A stretch of DNA of 64,000 nucleotides from Amoebidium appalachense (lineage: Eukaryota; Protista; Ichthyosporea): assembly GCA_963693365.1 (NCBI GenBank), contig CAVNZM010000002.1:10472328-10536327 (forward strand), written 5' to 3'. Positions 59,066-64,000 of the stretch are shown in pieces. Below the pieces are notes generated by a model. The model did no database searches. It was not told where the DNA came from and saw only the letters and a program-made list of their open reading frames with translations. Positions within the stretch are counted from its first letter, which is position 1, and every line of letters begins with the position of its first letter. A program made the position numbers and the translations under genes.

Positions 59066-60112
59066 TCAGTGGGCCTGCCTTGCCTCGTCATCCATGCGCT
59101 CTTTCTCCTTCCTCTTTTTTGGCGGGGGTGCCGAGAGCAGGTGTCTGCAGAGGATCACAAAGGGCGCTGCCATGTTTGTCTGCTGCTTGGCCGACACCAC
59201 CACGTGCCTGCAGCCCTGAGTCAGCGCCTGTCCCCCCCCCCCCCTCCCCCCCCTTTTGGTACGTGCCGTAGCTGGTGGGCCTGGCAGAACTGCTGGGCAC
59301 GGTCCTCACTGACCACCCTGGTCGTCTCATCGTCGGCCTTGTTGCCCAGCACCACAATGGGTATCTGCACCCCCCCTCAGCACACGGTGACACACACCAC
59401 AATGGGTATCTGCACCCCCCCTCAGCACAGTGATGTACACAAGTGAGGTGGCAGGGCATGAGTGTGTTTGTGCAACATGGTGTCCAGCACTGAAGGGGCC
59501 TGCAGGGCACGCACCTCGGCATATCTGTGCCTGTGGATGTCGGCCACCAGCTGTGTCACGTGCACAAAGGAGGCCTCCGTGTCCACACTGTAGACCAGCA
59601 CAAATCCCTGCAACCCCCCCAGTCGGCAGGCGCACACAGACACTTGGAGGCTAGCCCGTGCTTGACATGCATCTGTATGTGTGTGCTGGTTGCGCCAGTG
59701 TATGTGTGTGCTGGGTGCAATAGTGTATGTGTGTGCTGGGTGCGATAGTGTATGTGTGTGCTGGGTGCAATAGTGTATGTGTGTGCTGGGTGCAATAGTG
59801 TATGTGTGTGCTGGGTGCGATAGTGTATGTGTGTGCTGGGTGCGATAGTGTATGTGTGTGCTGGGTGCGATAGTGTATGTGTGTGCTATGCTTACTTGGG
59901 TGGTGGTGGTGGTAGTTGTGGTGGTGGTGTGTGTCGTGTGTGTGGGGGTACCTACGTCTGCACGGCGTATGTAGGACATAGTCATTCCGCTGGTGACCTC
60001 CTGCTTGGCCCACGTCACCACCAAGCCCTCCCTCCCCTGCCCACAACACACCACAAACCCAAGCCTCCCTCCCCCCTCCCCCCCTTCCCCTCCTGCACCC
60101 CCATCCTCCCCC

Positions 60113-60143
<31 letters not shown>

Positions 60144-61059
60144 AAAAACCCTCAATGCTCCTAAGCAACGTATTACGTGCAAAACACCGGAAGGTGATCG
60201 GTTCACTGCATGGTATAGAAGCCAAAATGGGAGGGGGTAATGGGTCGGGAACACAGGAGGCTCTGACGTGAGAGACGGAGGGGAGGAGCGCCACAGCAGG
60301 GCAGGCAAGGTAACGACCCAAACACCCCAATAGCCAGCCACCAACAGGCCCGCAACCTGCAGCACTTACACACACTCTTGCTCGTGAACAACGCAAAGCA
60401 CGGGTGCGCATAGATATGGGCAAGGCCTGTTTGGGTGTGCGCCTTGCTTGGCGTGCCTGTACCTGTGCGTGTGTGCTGTGGGGAGGCCGGTGCACGTGCA
60501 TACCTCGCCCGGGGTGTCGAGTATGTGCAGGCACAGCTGCACCCCCTCGAGTTGCATCTGCACCTCGTACGTGTCCTCTATCGTCGGTATCTGCCCCGCC
60601 CGTCAAAATCTCCTCCTCCCTCCGAACCCCCCCCCCCCCCCCCCCCCCCCCTTCCCCCCCACCCCCTTCCTTTTCCCCCTTTTCCCCCTCTCAGCCCCAC
60701 CTTGTCCACACAATCCCTTCCTCCTCCTGCTCCCACACCTTCAACCCTCCGGAGAGTGCGCATACCGTGTTTGAATTGAAGGCGCCATCCACAAAGCGCT
60801 CTATTATGCAGGTCTTGCCCACGCCCCTCAGACCCAGCACGGCCAGCCGAAACAGTTTGTGTGGCAGCACTCCTGTGGGCGGTGCCTCGCCAGCCGCCAC
60901 GGCCCCTGGCTCCGAGCGTTTGTGTGCGGTGGCCGTGTTCTTTTGCCTGTCCCGTGCCGTGGGCGTGAAGACCTTCTTGAGCTGCGTCAGCCCTGCCTGC
61001 GTGCTGCCTCGCCGCGCTAGACTGCCCCCCGTGGGCGCCAGACCCTCCGCCCCGCTCAT
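59066..61059 (-). CDS. Atypical Ras-family small GTPase, 6 exons, N-terminal extension, no CAAX
   Basis: G1 GLRGVGKT, effector loop PTIEDTY, G3 DTPGE, GFVLVYSV, G4 NKAD, G5 VSAK. Ends KKRKEKERMDDEARQAH*. Confidence 0.88.
59674..59887. repeat. 25-bp minisatellite (TAGTGTATGTGTGTGCTGGGTGCRA), about 8 copies, in a GTPase intron
   Basis: Directly visible. Confidence 0.92.
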
Positions 61060-62121
61060 AGTGCGGACAGACGCAGGCACGCAAAGTCACACTTGTTGCT
61101 ACGGGGTGTGCTGCGGGTAGCAGGAAGAGCAAGTCCACACGGGCAGGCAGAGGCAAGGAAGATCAGGCGGCCTTGGGCAGAGCACGGCCAGAGGGCAGGT
61201 GGGTTGGTGAGGGAGTAGGCATACGACCAGACCCTTCTAAGCTATGCACACTACAGCTGAAAGTGCTAGTTGGCCGTGCTACAGGTGGCAGTCTGGCTAA
61301 GATGCACCTGCAAAAAAAATAATGGAGCCGTAACGGGGCAAGCGGAACATCTGAACACAATATTGCAAACACTTGTTCAAGCCTCAAAGGGGTGAGGTGA
61401 CTCTCTGGGGTCTTTACCACCGTGAAATTTACCCTTCAAAATGTTTTATTAACTAGTGTAAATATGGGCCAGTTTAGCGCACAGGTTTATGGGGTCAATC
61501 GTACGGTACGCTGATTGGCCCAGCGCGCAGCGACCTTCGAGCCCAGTCGTCAAGCAATAGATGAATGCAGTCTCCGTCTCTCAGTCACGGTCTCAGTTTT
61601 TCTCCCTCGCAGCCACAGTGATATAATACGTGTGTTAGTGGTCACTCCGGTCTAGAAGTGTTTAGCACCCTGGGAGGGCTTCCCACAGTTCACCTCGAAA
61701 GTTCTTTGCTCGGCCAACTACTGTTTGTTGTTGGAGCCAGGACCGAAGTACACGTACAGCGTTGGCTTTGGGTTCTCAGTCGTGGTTCATAGTTGTTGGG
61801 CAGGGCCAGGGCCCACGTCCAGCCCACTTTTGCAAACCTGCTGCAGCAGTGCGCCACACATACCGACCACCTCCTGCCTGCGCTGGTTTCTGCCAGTCTT
61901 GGTGCGGGCTTTGAGGCGCTCCACACATCCACAGGCAGCTGCCCCAATAGCTGCACCCCAACCGAGTCAGGCAGTGGGGCACAGCGTGCAGACCACACTG
62001 CTGCCTGGTCAGTGCTGCGGCCCACCTGCTGTGTGGGGACACCGACCCCGCAGACACGGCTGCAGCCACCGGCGCTAGTGCGTGCCGGCCATAGTGGCGC
62101 TGCAGTGCGCAGGGCTGTGTC

Positions 62122-63852
62122 ATGGGCGCCAAGACCAGGCACGGGCCTGGCCGGGAGGGCCTTGTGGTGCGTGCAGCGCTAGTGTCCAGGTGGGTGGCTG
62201 GTTGACGGCTGGCTGGGCGCGGGCGGCCACTGACAGACTGGCGGCAGACTGCTGGTGCTGGTCGCCCAGGCAGCCCTCAACACCCTGGTCAGCGACTATG
62301 ACAGCTCCATGGCAAGGTGCGTGCCACCCTGAAGACGAGAAAAACACAAAACAGGAAACTGGCCCCCAAGCTGCTCTGTGTCCAGCCACCCTATGTGCCA
62401 GTGTGCTATGCCACCATCACCCACCCTCTCCCCCACAGGGCAACGCCTGGCACAGGGCCAGACCGCTGGGTGGCCACACTGCTGGGTGGCTTCACAAAGG
62501 TACAACCAGTGTGGGGAGGGAAGGGGGGGGGGGGGGAGGGGGAGGGGGGGGGGGGGGAAGTAAAGTGAAGGGGTGGCTAAGGGTGTGCAGTGGGACGCAG
62601 TGTACTTTGTGCGCATAGGTGGGCAGGGCTACGAATACGAGCACTACCACGGTTTCTTCCCCGCCCTGCCCCTACTGCTGCGTGCTGTTGCCGCCACAGG
62701 TACGCTGCTCCTTATCATGCCCCTAGGTGCTCTAAGGCCCAGGCGGGAAAGGCGGGGTGTACGAGCCTGGGTTTGTGTGTGTCCTGGCCTGGTGCTTGGT
62801 GCTATTATTAAAAAGGGTTGCTTTGTCATATCCAACATTTGCCCCCCCCCCCCCCCCCCCCCACCCCCACCCCCAATACCACCATCACTACCACCACATA
62901 ACAATAAAGCGCACACTTCCAACATGCATGTGAAGAAGCTACAAAAAGAAAAAAAAAAAAAAAAGAAAAGGGGAAAGTGCCCCCCCCCCCCCCCCCCCCC
63001 CTGCTCATGTCTAGAGGTCTCCTTTCGCTCTTAGTTACAGCCAACAAAATAAAAAAAACAAAAACAAAACACAAGTAAGAAGATAACACACAGACAGCAC
63101 ATCACCAATAGTTACAGTACAAACAAACGTATGGTGTGCACCTTTGCATGTACACCTCCAGTACATATTTGGCCCTTTTTTTCCTGCTACCTCGAGACCG
63201 CACCGCTTGTTGGGGAGGAAGATGTGTGTGTGTGTGTGTGTGTGTGTCTGTGTGGGGCGGGGGGAGCGGGGGAGGGGGGGAGGAAAGAACCAGATCTGTA
63301 CTGAGCGGGGTGTGCACAGTGCTATGGCCACTGAGTGGGGTGCTGTCGGCCGAGTCACGGCTAGTGGCGGCTGGGGTGCTGGTGACCAACACGGCCTTTG
63401 TGCTGGCGGCGGTGGGCCTCTACAGGTGGGGGCATGTGGGCCCTGCTAGTGCACGGGGGGGTGCAGCAGCTGACGGTTCTGGGCCACAGGCTGGGCCTGC
63501 AGGTGCTTGGCGATGGCCGGCTGGCCTACCGGGCGGCACTGCTGCTGTGCATCTCCCCGGCCACGGTCTTCATGGCGGCCGTGTACGTGTGCCCAGGTGT
63601 GCTGGGACCACCAGCTGGGCTGCTGACAGGGGCTGGGCCGCAGCTACACGGAGAGTGTGTTTGCTGCCGCCACCTTCTGGGGCATGTACCTGCTGGCCTG
63701 CGGCGCACCCTACAGTGGCTGCTTGTGCCTGGCCCTGGCATCGGCCACTAGAGGTGCGTCCTTTTTTTGCTGGTGGTGGTGGTGGTGGTGGTGTGCGCGT
63801 GTGCGTGCGTGTGCGTGTGCGTGTGCGTGTGTATTTTTTTTTTTCTTTTTTT

Positions 63853-63884
<32 letters not shown>

Positions 63885-64000
63885 GTGGATGGATTCTAAC
63901 GGCTGAGGCAGGCAACGGGATCGTGAACGTGGGGTTTGTGGGCTACGGGCTGCTGCAGAGGCTGCACAGGTTATGGGTGACCCACAGGCTGGGACCCAAG
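62122..64000 (+). CDS. PIGV: GPI mannosyltransferase II (PIG-V/Gpi18), 5' part; continues beyond window end
   Basis: Spliced exons give ..DYDSS.., GGFTK-WDAVYFVRIGGQGYEYEHYHGFFPALP, CISPATVFMAAV-YTESVFA, and ASATR-GNG. These are PIG-V motifs. Confidence 0.92.

Noticed and set aside
61690-62121. GC-rich ORFs upstream of PIGV
   Set aside because: No convincing ATG start or recognisable domain. Probably 5' UTR or promoter.

Overview
Eukaryotic, intron-dense genomic DNA. By inference it comes from a unicellular opisthokont or holozoan: it has animal-like intron positions, a TMX3-like gene and a U12-type intron. It is rich in long G/C homopolymers, (CA)n/(GT)n/(CT)n microsatellites and intronic minisatellites, which generate most of the ORF track artefactually. 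Splicing exons by hand gives twelve genes in order: PMPCA 5' part (-), an intronless orphan (-), Derlin-2 (-), 6-phosphofructokinase (+), an OSCA/TMEM63 channel (-), SEC20/BNIP1 (+), an intronless coiled-coil orphan with an RFxI motif (-), XPD/ERCC2 (-), an orphan with a SUMO-interacting motif (+), a TMX3-like PDI (-), an atypical CAAX-less Ras-like GTPase (-) and PIGV 5' part (+). One intact hAT-type MITE (8-bp TSD), a second TIR element and a 298-bp tandem duplication are present. The most notable signals concern splicing: a minor-spliceosome intron with a deviant 5' site in Derlin, 3' splice sites with strong branch points but G-rich linkers and no polypyrimidine tract, three GC-AG introns, and repeated tandem amplification of splice-junction sequence into minisatellites. 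No tRNA, rRNA or CRISPR array was recognised. Exon boundaries are manual predictions without RNA evidence.
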